Assembly (NCBI GenBank): GCA_007122505.1
Contig: SKTQ01000063.1
Location: forward strand, 1-37,609
DNA: 37,609 bases
Source: Bacteroidales bacterium
Lineage (GTDB): Bacteria; Bacteroidota; Bacteroidia; Bacteroidales; UBA7960
Reading direction: 5' to 3'
Under the pieces are notes generated by a model. That model saw nothing but the letters and a program-made list of their open reading frames with translations. It searched no databases and had not been told where the DNA came from. The position numbers and the translations under genes are program-made. This document shows, in pieces, positions 16,242 to 25,533 of this stretch (positions are counted from its first letter, which is position 1; each line of letters begins with the position of its first letter).

Positions 16242-18596
16242 TTACAATGGCCAGAATATAGGTAGCAGGATCATTACCACCACCATTACCACCAGGGTGA
16301 GTGGCACACCTACTTTGATGTAGTGACTAAACTTATAGCCACCCGGTCCCATTACCAGGAGGTTTGCGGGGTGCGACAGCGGGCTCATGAAGCAGGCGGC
16401 GGCGGCCATGGCAATGGCCATCATCATGGCCTGGGGTGATATTCCATAGTTGCCGGCAGCTTCAAGGGCAATGGGTGCCATGATCACCACCAGTGCGGGT
16501 GGTGGTATGGCGAGGGTCGCCAAAGCCGTGAACAAGTAAAGTCCTGCGATAACGCCCCATGGTCCAATGGTGCCAAAAACGCCAACAACCCAGCCCGCCA
16601 CCAGGCTTGCAGCTCCGGTTTCCTGCATGGCCGTTCCCAGGGGCAACATCCCGGCAATCAGGAATACCGCCCGCCACTCAATGGCACGGTAGGCTTCTTC
16701 CATCTTTAAGCAGCCGGTAAGTACCATCAGTGCAATGCCGATCACTGCTGCGATGGCAAGAGGAACAAATCCCAGCAGAACAGGTGTCAGGATGCCCGCC
16801 ATCACCAGCACCGAGGTGAGTGCTTTGTTGGTTCGCATTGGCTGTCCAACCATTTGTGTCAGCATGATGAAGTCCGGTTCACTGCCAATCAATTCCAGCT
16901 TTTCCCTGCGGCCATATAACAGGAGGGCTTCACCAAAGCGCAAAGGCAGGTCATGCAGGTTTGTCCGGTAGGCCCTGCCTTCTCTCCATATGGCCAAAAC
17001 GGTTAAACCGTATTTTTTTCTGAAATTGATCTCCCTGAGTGTTTTCCCTGCCAGGAGTGATCGTGGTGCCAGCACGACCTCTGCCATCTGGATGTCTTCC
17101 GACTCCAGGCTTTGTACCCCGGGAGGTGTCTCTTCCAGTATTTGAAGGTCCTTCAGTCCGCGTAAAAGGGGCAGGTCTCTTACATCTCCCTTTACAACCA
17201 GATGTTCTTCATGCTCAAATGACTGACCAGGTGCATAAGCATTTAAAGTTCCGTCTTCCGAAAGGCTGCCCAGCACGGTTAATCCAAAGGCACTGCCAAT
17301 CTGGCTTTCAGCAATGGCTCGTTCAAACAGGTCGGTGTCTTCGGTTACTTCCATCAAAAACAAGACTTCATGTAACCTGTATTCCTCAATAAGCGCATCC
17401 GAAGACACCTTAACCGGTGGGGATATCTTTTCTTCCTTTTCGAGAATTGCAATCCGCTCTTGTGGGCCCTGGATCAGCAAGGTGTCGCCTGCCTGTAACA
17501 CCATGTCGTGAAGCATGGAGCGTTGCGTCCGGTCTTCTTTTTTAAGCGCCAGAACGTTTATTCCAAGCCTTTTGCGGAAATCGGTGTCGCGCAGGCGTTT
17601 GCCGGCAAACTCCGATTGCTCCGGGATTTGGGCTTCAAAGATCTGCAGTTCATATTGCAGCAGGTTCTCCATGTTTACACCGGATTCATCGGGTAGCAGA
17701 ACCTTCCATTGTTTCATGGCCGTCAGGGTGTCCAGGCGACCCTGAACGTGTAGTTTGTCGTTGGCTTCAATGGTTGTTTGCGGGCCTGGGTCGAGAATGT
17801 TGATATTGCTGCGGATAATGGACAATACATTAAGTCCCAGACCTGCCCGAAGCCTGCTGTCCTCAAGCGTTTTGCCAACCAGCTGGGATGTTGGCCGCAC
17901 ATGAACCATGAAGGTCCTTTCCTGGAGAGCATAAGCGGCCTGTAATGTTTTTCCAGCCTGCCTGCTGGTTTCTCCGATCACGTCCTTCTTTGGCAGCAAC
18001 AATCTGCCGAAGAAAGCCACAAAAATTACACCTCCCAGCAAAGCACCCAGTCCTACCGGGGTATAGTCGAACAAGCGGAAAGGCGTTTCGCCTGCATCCT
18101 CCAATGCATAACTGATCAAAAGATTGGGTGGTGTGCCAATGAGTGTGGTAAGACCACCCAACAGGCAGCCATAGGCAAGGGGCATCAGCAGCCGGGAAGG
18201 TGGTGTATTGGTCGACCGGGCCAAATCCATCACCACCGGCAGCATCAGGGCAGCAACACCGATGTTGTTCATGAATGCCGACATGAATCCTGATGACAGC
18301 ATGATCATGATGATGAGCCTGATCTCACTATGTCCTGCAAGATATATCAGTTGCCGTCCTATGATCCTCGCTACACCCGTCTGATAGAGTGCCGCACTCA
18401 GAATAAACATGGCCCATACGGTGATGACGGCAGGATTGCTGAAGCCGGCCAGGGCCTGGTGTGGAGTGAGCAAGCCGGTAAAGGCCAGCGTCCCAATAAC
18501 CAGCAGCGCGACAATATCCATACGTATCCACCCGGTGAAAAAAAACACCAACGCCACCCCCAGTATGGAAAAAACAATAAGTATTTCTACAGTCAT
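16242..18596 (-). CDS. SLC13/DASS-family anion permease with four tandem cytoplasmic RCK_C (TrkA-C) domains
   Basis: 784 aa. Two transmembrane halves (residues 1-205 and 585-784) flank four RCK_C-like repeats (about residues 226-572), each with G(K/R)(T/R)L...(G)(L/I)(N/T)VL...GD.L pattern. Confidence 0.85.
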   Translation of the reverse strand: MTVEILIVFSILGVALVFFFTGWIRMDIVALLVIGTLAFTGLLTPHQALAGFSNPAVITVWAMFILSAALYQTGVARIIGRQLIYLAGHSEIRLIIMIMLSSGFMSAFMNNIGVAALMLPVVMDLARSTNTPPSRLLMPLAYGCLLGGLTTLIGTPPNLLISYALEDAGETPFRLFDYTPVGLGALLGGVIFVAFFGRLLLPKKDVIGETSRQAGKTLQAAYALQERTFMVHVRPTSQLVGKTLEDSRLRAGLGLNVLSIIRSNINILDPGPQTTIEANDKLHVQGRLDTLTAMKQWKVLLPDESGVNMENLLQYELQIFEAQIPEQSEFAGKRLRDTDFRKRLGINVLALKKEDRTQRSMLHDMVLQAGDTLLIQGPQERIAILEKEEKISPPVKVSSDALIEEYRLHEVLFLMEVTEDTDLFERAIAESQIGSAFGLTVLGSLSEDGTLNAYAPGQSFEHEEHLVVKGDVRDLPLLRGLKDLQILEETPPGVQSLESEDIQMAEVVLAPRSLLAGKTLREINFRKKYGLTVLAIWREGRAYRTNLHDLPLRFGEALLLYGRREKLELIGSEPDFIMLTQMVGQPMRTNKALTSVLVMAGILTPVLLGFVPLAIAAVIGIALMVLTGCLKMEEAYRAIEWRAVFLIAGMLPLGTAMQETGAASLVAGWVVGVFGTIGPWGVIAGLYLFTALATLAIPPPALVVIMAPIALEAAGNYGISPQAMMMAIAMAAAACFMSPLSHPANLLVMGPGGYKFSHYIKVGVPLTLVVMVVVMILLPIFWPL

Positions 18597-18616
18597 TGGC
18601 AGGTCATTAAGCTTGG

Positions 18617-19165
18617 TTATGGTGTATCAGGTTTGGAAAATCTCTCTTGAGCCTCGCGGAATATTTCCAGGTCTTTTTCTGCAAAGAGCACCAACCTGAT
18701 GAGCCGAACATTTTTTAACTCAGGAATGGTGTTCATGATGGTTTCAATGGCAATGCCTGCAGCCTCTTTTATGGGGAATCCGAAGATCCCGGTGGAAATT
18801 GCAGGGAAAGCAATGGATTGAAGTCCGTGTTTATCAGCCAGCCGGATTGCATTCCGGTAGCAGTCGGCCAGCAGTTGGTCTTCGGGTTTGTCGCGTCCGT
18901 AAACAGGCCCAAGGCAATGGATCACATGTTTGTTTGGAAGCTTGTGTGCACCGGTAATTACAGCCTGCCCCGGTTTTATCGGGGCCAATGGCCGGCATTC
19001 TTTTTCCAGGCCCGGACCGGCAGCCCGGTGTATGGCTCCGGCAACTCCGCCACCTGTTCGGAGCTGCGCATTGGCTGCGTTAACCACTGCATCTGTATCG
19101 GGCTGATGGGCAATATCACCACGGATCAGCTCCAGTCTTGTATTTCCTGTTGTTTTGTTTTCCAT
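18617..19165 (-). CDS. Macro-domain protein (O-acetyl-ADP-ribose deacetylase / ADP-ribose-binding, YmdB-like)
   Basis: 182 aa. Macro motifs DAVVNAANAQLRTGGGVAGAIHRAAG and IAFPAISTGIFGFP. It lies 20 nt upstream of the SLC13 gene on the same strand. Confidence 0.85.
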   Translation of the reverse strand: MENKTTGNTRLELIRGDIAHQPDTDAVVNAANAQLRTGGGVAGAIHRAAGPGLEKECRPLAPIKPGQAVITGAHKLPNKHVIHCLGPVYGRDKPEDQLLADCYRNAIRLADKHGLQSIAFPAISTGIFGFPIKEAAGIAIETIMNTIPELKNVRLIRLVLFAEKDLEIFREAQERFSKPDTP

Positions 19166-19224
19166 AAAGACATGCTGTTTTCCATATCAAGCATGACATT
19201 GTTTCATGCTTTTAACCTGTTTTT

Positions 19225-19232
19225 CAAAAATA
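19225..19232 (-). promoter_or_regulatory. Bacteroidota-type -7 promoter box (TATTTTTG) for the macro-domain/SLC13 operon
   Basis: Exact TAnnTTTG on the minus strand, 60 nt upstream of the ATG at 19165. A 7-bp hairpin (agcatga/tcatgct) lies in the leader. Confidence 0.4.
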
Positions 19233-19256
19233 AACAAAAAAAATGATCATTTTGGA

Positions 19257-19264
19257 TATCTTTG
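19257..19264 (+). promoter_or_regulatory. Bacteroidota-type -7 promoter box (TATCTTTG) for the EamA transporter gene
   Basis: Exact TAnnTTTG, 52 nt upstream of the ATG at 19316. Confidence 0.45.
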
Positions 19265-19315
19265 CCCACTTCTTATTTCTCAAAAAAATAAGAAAATCAG
19301 CAAAACCGAACATTT

Positions 19316-20245
19316 ATGATGATCAAAAAGGACAACCGACCCCGGGGCATTCACTGGCTGGCGCTGGCAGCTTTGGTACTGGTATGGGGCAGTTCCTTTA
19401 TATTGATCAAGAGAGGTCTGGTGGCCTTTAGCAGTGCAGATGTCGGTGCCCTTCGCATTGCCATTTCCTTTGTGGTTCTTTCACCTCTGCTGGTTACCCA
19501 TCTGAGAAAGGTGCCCCGGCGCAAACTTATCTATTTTGTGCTTGCCGGTATTATCGGTAACGGGTTGCCTCCTTTCCTTTTCGCTATTGCGCAAACAGTG
19601 ATCGACAGCTATATGGCCGGTGTGTTGAATTCGCTCACTCCTTTGTTTACGCTTCTGATCGGTGTGATGTTTTTTGGTATCCGGACCCGGTGGATTAATG
19701 CATTGGGTGTTGCTATCGGACTTGCGGGAGCGGTGGGTTTAATGTATGCTGCCAATGGAAGTGAGATCAACAATGTGTGGTATGGTCTGTTTGCCGTTGC
19801 CGCGGCAGTTTGTTATGCCATAAATATGAACCTTATCAAACGTTATCTTTCGGAATTCAGTGCGCTTACCATCACTTCCGTAGTGTTTATGTTTATCGGC
19901 ATACCCGCTTTGGTGTATCTGTTCACCTGGAGCGAGATGATCCCTGTTCTGGAAAGCCATCCCCGTGGCTGGGAAAGCCTGGGCTACATCACTATCCTTG
20001 CGGTGGTCGGCACAGCTGTAGCAATGATTATCCACAACTGGCTCATAAAGCAAACCTCACCATTATTTACATCAACGGTCACTTATTTGATGCCGGTGGT
20101 TTCCATTGCTTGGGGTGTTGCCGACGGCGAGGCCTTTTTCTTATTGTATATGCTTTGGATCGCCATAATCCTTGCAGGAGTTTATTTGACGAGTAAGGGG
20201 TATAATCGGAAAAAAATCAGTAACCTGACTCATAATAAAGCCTGA
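19316..20245 (+). CDS. EamA/DMT-superfamily transporter
   Basis: 309 aa, ten predicted TM helices in a two-fold EamA repeat architecture. Confidence 0.8.
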   Translation: MMIKKDNRPRGIHWLALAALVLVWGSSFILIKRGLVAFSSADVGALRIAISFVVLSPLLVTHLRKVPRRKLIYFVLAGIIGNGLPPFLFAIAQTVIDSYMAGVLNSLTPLFTLLIGVMFFGIRTRWINALGVAIGLAGAVGLMYAANGSEINNVWYGLFAVAAAVCYAINMNLIKRYLSEFSALTITSVVFMFIGIPALVYLFTWSEMIPVLESHPRGWESLGYITILAVVGTAVAMIIHNWLIKQTSPLFTSTVTYLMPVVSIAWGVADGEAFFLLYMLWIAIILAGVYLTSKGYNRKKISNLTHNKA

Positions 20246-20360
20246 TGACTATCGGATCTCTTATGCACCTGAAGATATATGTATTGGTGATCCTTGAACC
20301 ATCTCACCCAATCACCCAAAAAAAGTTTATACCACATGTTGTATCATCATAAAAAATGTT

Positions 20361-20368
20361 TATCTTTG
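20361..20368 (+). promoter_or_regulatory. Bacteroidota-type -7 promoter box (TATCTTTG) for rplU-rpmA
   Basis: Exact TAnnTTTG, 43 nt upstream of the rplU ATG. Confidence 0.5.
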
Positions 20369-20410
20369 CACCCCAATATTCAGAGTGAATCATTTAACGC
20401 ATAATTAGAA

Positions 20411-20722
20411 ATGTACGCAATTGTTGAAATAGGCGGACAGCAGTTCAGGATCGAAAAAGATCAGAAGCTGTTTGTAAATCTGCTGGACAGTGAAGCGGGC
20501 AGCGATCTTGAAATCGACAAGGTGATGCTGCTGGCCGACGGAGATGATATCAAGGTGGGTACCCCACTGGTGGATGGTGTAAAGGTGAAAGCGAAAATAC
20601 TTGATCATGTGAAAGCAGACAAGATATTGGTTTTCAAGAAGAAAAGGAGGAAGGGCTATCAGAAGATGAATGGTCATCGCCAGCCTATGACCCAGATACA
20701 GATCGAAGAGATCACCGCCTAA
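20411..20722 (+). CDS. rplU: 50S ribosomal protein L21
   Basis: 103 aa. MYAIVEIGGQQFRIEKDQKL is a canonical L21 N-terminus. Confidence 0.95.
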   Translation: MYAIVEIGGQQFRIEKDQKLFVNLLDSEAGSDLEIDKVMLLADGDDIKVGTPLVDGVKVKAKILDHVKADKILVFKKKRRKGYQKMNGHRQPMTQIQIEEITA

Positions 20723-20751
20723 AACATTAGCAATCGAAAAAGTAAACAACT

Positions 20752-21150
20752 ATGGCACACAAGAAAGGAGTTGGTAGCTCACGTAACGGTCGCGAATCCC
20801 ACAGCAAGAGGCTTGGTGTAAAAATATTCGGCGGCTCTTTCGCCACAGCAGGTAACATTATTGTCCGGCAGCGTGGTACGCAACACTATCCCGGGCTCAA
20901 TGTAGGCATGGGGAAAGACCATACTTTGTATGCGCTCGTGGACGGAACGGTTGAATTCAAAAGAAAAACGGGAAACAAATCCTTCGTTTACGTAAATCCG
21001 CTTGAGGATGTAGTTGTGGAGGAAAAGGTTGAAAAACAACCGGTCGCGGTGAAACCCGAAAAATCTGTTCCCGAAACAGTCGTCGCAGAAGCCTCATCCG
21101 AAGAAGCTGAAACAGAAGAAAAGGCAGAGACCAAAGAGGAAAAAGAATAA
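20752..21150 (+). CDS. rpmA: 50S ribosomal protein L27 with an acidic C-terminal extension
   Basis: Canonical L27 core ([24 protein letters not shown]...RQRGT...G.NVG.GKDHTL.AL.DG.V.F) to about residue 85, then ~45 aa of E/K/V/A-rich tail. Confidence 0.93.
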   Translation: MAHKKGVGSSRNGRESHSKRLGVKIFGGSFATAGNIIVRQRGTQHYPGLNVGMGKDHTLYALVDGTVEFKRKTGNKSFVYVNPLEDVVVEEKVEKQPVAVKPEKSVPETVVAEASSEEAETEEKAETKEEKE

Positions 21151-21200
21151 AAAAAACCTCATATCAGGGTTTTGACAAACAGTCGAACCCACAATACAGA

Positions 21201-21226
21201 ATCCTGCCACGGCAGGATTTTTTTTA
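21201..21226 (+). terminator. Rho-independent terminator after rpmA
   Basis: Stem atcctgcc / ggcaggat (21201-21208 and 21211-21218) followed by a T-run at 21219-21225. Confidence 0.7.
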
Positions 21227-21417
21227 TGATGCAATTTCTTAGTAAATTTGGCACCACCGTAAAGATAAAAAGCAGCAAATTAAAACTGTACAAGTCTTAG
21301 ATGCCATGCATGCCGGCCGGCTTCGTTTTCCGAAAAATCAAAACGAAAACAACAAGCATCCATCATGCAAAAAATAAAAGAATAAAAAACTTTGTTAAAC
21401 GATGAATTGATCATCTC

Positions 21418-22689
21418 ATGATAGATATACAATTGATCAGGGATAACAGTGCGGAAGTGATCCGCCGTTATGAAGTGAGGAACTTTGATGCCACCGCACC
21501 GGTCAACAGGATCAAAGAACTGGATGCCACCAGGCGTCAAACCCAGAAACAGCTTGATGATACGCTCGCTGAAAGCAATGCCCTTGCGCGTGACATCGGG
21601 CAGCTGTTTAAATCAGGCCGCGGAAATGAGGCGGCCGCACTGAAGGAAAAGTCCCTGTTGTTAAAGCAGCGGGCAAAAGACCTGCAGGAGCAGCTGGATA
21701 TTGCGGCCAATGAGCTGTCTGAAGTTATGACGAGCCTGCCCATGCTGCCACACCATTCTGTGCCTGCCGGTAAAACAGAAACAGATAACGAGGTCATTCA
21801 CCAGGAAGGAGAATTGCCCGAACTCTTTAAAGATGCCGTTCCCCACTGGGAGCTGGCCGGAAAATACGACATTATCGATTTTGAGGGAGGCACAAAAGTA
21901 ACCGGATCCGGTTTCCCCATATACAAGGGAAAGGGTGCCCGATTGCAGCGTGCCCTTATTTCTTTTTTTCTTGATGAAGCCGTTAAAGCAGGGTATACAG
22001 AATACCAGCCGCCACTCCTCGTAAACGCCGAATCTGCCTTTGGCACAGGACAGCTCCCCGATAAGGACGGACAGATGTATCATGTACCATCCGACAACCT
22101 TTACCTCATTCCAACCTCTGAGGTGCCGGTTACAAATATTTTCAGGGATATGATCCTTAACGAAAATGAATTGCCCGTGAAATGTACCGCTTATTCAGTG
22201 TGTTTCCGCAGAGAAGCAGGCTCTTACGGTAAGGATGTCAGGGGGCTCAACAGGCTTCATCAGTTTGATAAAGTGGAGATTGTGCAGGTGACCCACCCCG
22301 AAAAAAGTTACCAGGCACTGGATGAAATGGTGAGTTATGTAACCACATTGTTGCAAAAACTGGAGCTTCCATTTCGGGTCGCCAGGCTTTGCGGTGGTGA
22401 CCTTGGCTTTGCTGCCGCACTGACCTACGACATGGAAGTGTATTCAGCAGCCCAGGAACGATGGCTGGAAGTAAGCTCCATCTCCAACTTTGAAACCTAC
22501 CAGGCCCAAAGGATGAAATTGCGCTTTCGTTCGCAGGAGGGAAAAAACCTGCTGGCACACACCCTTAACGGCAGCGCCCTGGCATTGCCGCGCATCATGG
22601 CGGCCCTGCTGGAAAACAACCAGTCGGAAGAAGGAATTCATATTCCAAAAGCACTTCAGGCATATACCGGCTTTGCACGGATCAGTTAA
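21418..22689 (+). CDS. serS: Seryl-tRNA synthetase
   Basis: 423 aa. N-terminal coiled-coil arm (MIDIQLIRDN...) and class II motifs (FRREAGSYGKDVRGLNRLHQF, GSALA.PR). Confidence 0.95.
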   Translation: MIDIQLIRDNSAEVIRRYEVRNFDATAPVNRIKELDATRRQTQKQLDDTLAESNALARDIGQLFKSGRGNEAAALKEKSLLLKQRAKDLQEQLDIAANELSEVMTSLPMLPHHSVPAGKTETDNEVIHQEGELPELFKDAVPHWELAGKYDIIDFEGGTKVTGSGFPIYKGKGARLQRALISFFLDEAVKAGYTEYQPPLLVNAESAFGTGQLPDKDGQMYHVPSDNLYLIPTSEVPVTNIFRDMILNENELPVKCTAYSVCFRREAGSYGKDVRGLNRLHQFDKVEIVQVTHPEKSYQALDEMVSYVTTLLQKLELPFRVARLCGGDLGFAAALTYDMEVYSAAQERWLEVSSISNFETYQAQRMKLRFRSQEGKNLLAHTLNGSALALPRIMAALLENNQSEEGIHIPKALQAYTGFARIS

Positions 22690-22800
22690 CCGGATCAGCA
22701 ATCATTGGCATTGTTTCCGGTTAAAACAAATACGTGTGCTTTCACGTTCCATTTACGGTACCATTTAAGCATGTTTTTTCATCATAGAATATTTGCAGTT

Positions 22801-24636
22801 ATGCCAAAATATATTTTATCACGGGTTCTTTTTGCATCATTGTTCCTGGTGTTCACTGCCGGCATTGCCGTTTCGCAGGATTCCACCAATGAGCGACTTG
22901 CGGCGCAATTCCTGCGTGATGGCCAATACGAGGAAGCACGTGCCCTGTATGAGGATCTTTTTGCAGAAAGTCCCACATACATGATTTACAACAACTACCT
23001 TGAAAGCCTTTTTGCACTGGAAGAGTTCAGGCAGGCCGAAAGGGTTGTCAATGCACAGATTGAAAACCACCCGGCTGATTTCCGTTACCGTGTTGACCTG
23101 GCCTGGGTGCACGAACGGTCCGGTAATGCCCGCAGGGCTCAAAGGCAAAAGGACGATCTGATCAGTGAGCTCTCTGCCAACGCTGATGATGTGATCGGCC
23201 TGGCTATGGCTTTTGAGACCCGTGGCTTTATGGACAGAGCCCTCGAAACGTATTTACGTGGCAGACGATTGCTCGGAGATTCCCATCCGTTGCACCTGCG
23301 CATCGCCGGTGTACATGAAAAAATGGGCAATTTCAGCGCCATGATGGAAGAATATATTGATTACCTGGATGCGTATCATAATGAGATGGACCGTGTTCGG
23401 GGGATACTTCAGGATGCCATCGTAAACGACCCCGGCTTTGAGCGAAACGACGCCCTGAGGAGGGTTTTGCTGGCCAGAACACAAAGGCATCCCGACAATG
23501 TAATGTATTCTGAAATGCTCTTGTGGCTCTCCATACAACAACAGGACTTTCGCATGGCATTTATGCAGGCCCGCGCACTTGACCGCCGGCTTCAGCAAGA
23601 AGGAAAGCCGGTCCTGGAAGTGGCGAATCTCAGTGCCAGCAACAAAAATTACCGGATTGCAGCAGATGCCTATCAGTACCTGCTAAACATGGGCCCGGAC
23701 AGCCAATTTTACCTGGAAGCACTCGTGGGTTATCTCAATGTGCGCTTTTTGTCGGTGGTCAATGAATACGAATACGATATTGCCGATTTGCTCGATATCC
23801 GTGAAGAATATGAAAACGCCATCGAGAGTCTTGGTATCAACTCACGAACCGTGCAAATCGTTCGCAATTTGGCCAACCTCAAAGCTTTTTACCTGAATGA
23901 TACAGATGGAGCCATCCAATTGCTTGAGACCACGCTTGATCTTCCCAATGTTTCAAACCGTGTAAAAGGAGAATGCCGCATTGAACTGGCAGATATCTTG
24001 CTGCTCACAGGTGAAGTGTGGGATGCCACTTTGCTGTATTCCCAGGTAGACCGCATGTTCAGGGATGATCCGCTCGCCCATGAGGCAAAATACAAAAACG
24101 CCAGGCTTACTTACTTTATCGGGGAGTTCGACTGGGCTAAGGCGCAGCTGGATGTGCTCAAGGGAGGCACCCACAGGCTCATTGCCAATGATGCCATGAG
24201 GCTGTCACTCAGAATTCAGGACAACCTGGGTATCAATGGAGACCCTGTCCCACTGAAAATGTTTGCAAGAGCCGAACAGCACATCTTTATGAACAATTTT
24301 GACAAAGCCTTGATGGTGTTAGACTCCATACACAACCGCTTCCCCATGCATCAGATCAATGATGACCTCATATTCGCCCGGTCAGAAATCAAACGGCACC
24401 GGGGCGACTATGCGGCTGCCGATAGTTTGCTGGCCGTTATCGTTGCCGACTTTCCTACTGGACTTCTTGCAGACGAAGCATTGTTTCAGAGGGCGCAACT
24501 GTATGAACATTATTTCAAACAACCGGACAAGGCCATGGCCCTCTATCAGCAACTGATGATCGACTTCCCGGGCAGCCTGCATACCATTACTGCCCGAAAC
24601 CGTTTCAGGATGCTGCGCGGTGATATCGTGAACTGA
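22801..24636 (+). CDS. Secreted tetratricopeptide-repeat (TPR) protein
   Basis: The start is placed at the ATG at 22801, giving a signal peptide MPKYILSRVLFASLFLVFTAGIAVSQ. Multiple TPR-like helical pairs follow, and the C-terminus resembles YbgF/CpoB-type TPRs (ADEALFQRAQLYE...). Confidence 0.7.
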   Translation: MPKYILSRVLFASLFLVFTAGIAVSQDSTNERLAAQFLRDGQYEEARALYEDLFAESPTYMIYNNYLESLFALEEFRQAERVVNAQIENHPADFRYRVDLAWVHERSGNARRAQRQKDDLISELSANADDVIGLAMAFETRGFMDRALETYLRGRRLLGDSHPLHLRIAGVHEKMGNFSAMMEEYIDYLDAYHNEMDRVRGILQDAIVNDPGFERNDALRRVLLARTQRHPDNVMYSEMLLWLSIQQQDFRMAFMQARALDRRLQQEGKPVLEVANLSASNKNYRIAADAYQYLLNMGPDSQFYLEALVGYLNVRFLSVVNEYEYDIADLLDIREEYENAIESLGINSRTVQIVRNLANLKAFYLNDTDGAIQLLETTLDLPNVSNRVKGECRIELADILLLTGEVWDATLLYSQVDRMFRDDPLAHEAKYKNARLTYFIGEFDWAKAQLDVLKGGTHRLIANDAMRLSLRIQDNLGINGDPVPLKMFARAEQHIFMNNFDKALMVLDSIHNRFPMHQINDDLIFARSEIKRHRGDYAAADSLLAVIVADFPTGLLADEALFQRAQLYEHYFKQPDKAMALYQQLMIDFPGSLHTITARNRFRMLRGDIVN

Positions 24637-24649
24637 AAACCCCAAAAGC

Positions 24650-25432
24650 GTGCACGCACATCAGGTCACACCAAAAAAGCACATGGGCCAGCACTTTCTG
24701 GCTGATCCGAATATAGCCCGGAAAATTGCAGAAAGCCTGACAAGAAACCAACAGTACACCATTGTGCTGGAAGTTGGACCCGGAACAGGCATGCTCTCCC
24801 AATTCCTGATGGGAAAGCCCGGCCTGCAATGGATAGGTGTTGAACTTGATTCTGAATCCGTAAACTTTTTAACAACGAATTATCCGGATTACGCGGCCTC
24901 AGTAATTGAAGCAGATTTTTTGCATGTTGACCCGGAAAAAATACTTGCAGGCCAGCACTTTGCACTGATTGGAAACTTCCCATACCACATCTCAAGCCAG
25001 ATTATATTTAAGGTATTGAAACACCGCCGGCAAATACCCGAAGTGGTCGGTATGCTGCAAAAAGAAGTTGCAGAGAGAATTGCAGCCAAACCGGGAAGCA
25101 AAACCTATGGTATCCTGAGCGTGTTAACTCAGGCTTTCTATCATGTGAAACTTTTGTTCACCGTACCGCCACATGTCTTCATCCCGCCACCGAAAGTCCG
25201 GTCAGCCGTGCTCCGTTTTGAAAGAAAGGAAAATATCGTTCTTGATTGTGATGAAATACTGTTTTTTAAGGTGGTGAAAACAGCCTTCAATCAACGAAGA
25301 AAAACCCTGAGAAATAGCTTAAAGACTATGTCGGTAGCATGGGATAAACTGCCTGTTGATTTTCCGCAAAAACGGCCGGAACAATTGTCAGTCAGCGACT
25401 TTGTTGAGATTACCCGGAATGTGACCGTTTAA
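24650..25432 (+). CDS. rsmA: 16S rRNA (adenine1518/1519-N6)-dimethyltransferase
   Basis: KKHMGQHFL, SAM motif LEVGPGTGMLS, catalytic GNFPYHISS. A GTG start at 24650 is inferred because the conserved KK.xGQxFL lies upstream of the first ATG. Confidence 0.9.
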   Translation: MHAHQVTPKKHMGQHFLADPNIARKIAESLTRNQQYTIVLEVGPGTGMLSQFLMGKPGLQWIGVELDSESVNFLTTNYPDYAASVIEADFLHVDPEKILAGQHFALIGNFPYHISSQIIFKVLKHRRQIPEVVGMLQKEVAERIAAKPGSKTYGILSVLTQAFYHVKLLFTVPPHVFIPPPKVRSAVLRFERKENIVLDCDEILFFKVVKTAFNQRRKTLRNSLKTMSVAWDKLPVDFPQKRPEQLSVSDFVEITRNVTV

Positions 25433-25498
25433 AGTAATACGGCTTTTGCCTGTTATGGTTTTTTTCCGGCACTTGCTTCCAGTTCGTTCGAAAAAGGT

Positions 25499-25506
25499 TA
25501 ATTTTG
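25499..25506 (+). promoter_or_regulatory. Bacteroidota-type -7 promoter box (TAATTTTG)
   Basis: Exact TAnnTTTG, 28 nt upstream of the ATG at 25534. This argues against the track's TTG start at 25504. Confidence 0.45.
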
Positions 25507-25533
25507 TTGCAATGCAGAACAAGTCCCATCATC

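Noticed and set aside
21176-21200. T-loop-like string (reverse complement gggttcgact) that might indicate a tRNA.
   Set aside because: No complementary T-stem, acceptor stem or anticodon arm can be built around it. It lies between rpmA and its terminator.
21243-21250. Exact TAAATTTG -7-type box upstream of serS.
   Set aside because: It lies 168 nt from the serS ATG, much farther than the other boxes in this window (28-60 nt). It may be real with a long leader, but I cannot support calling it the serS promoter.
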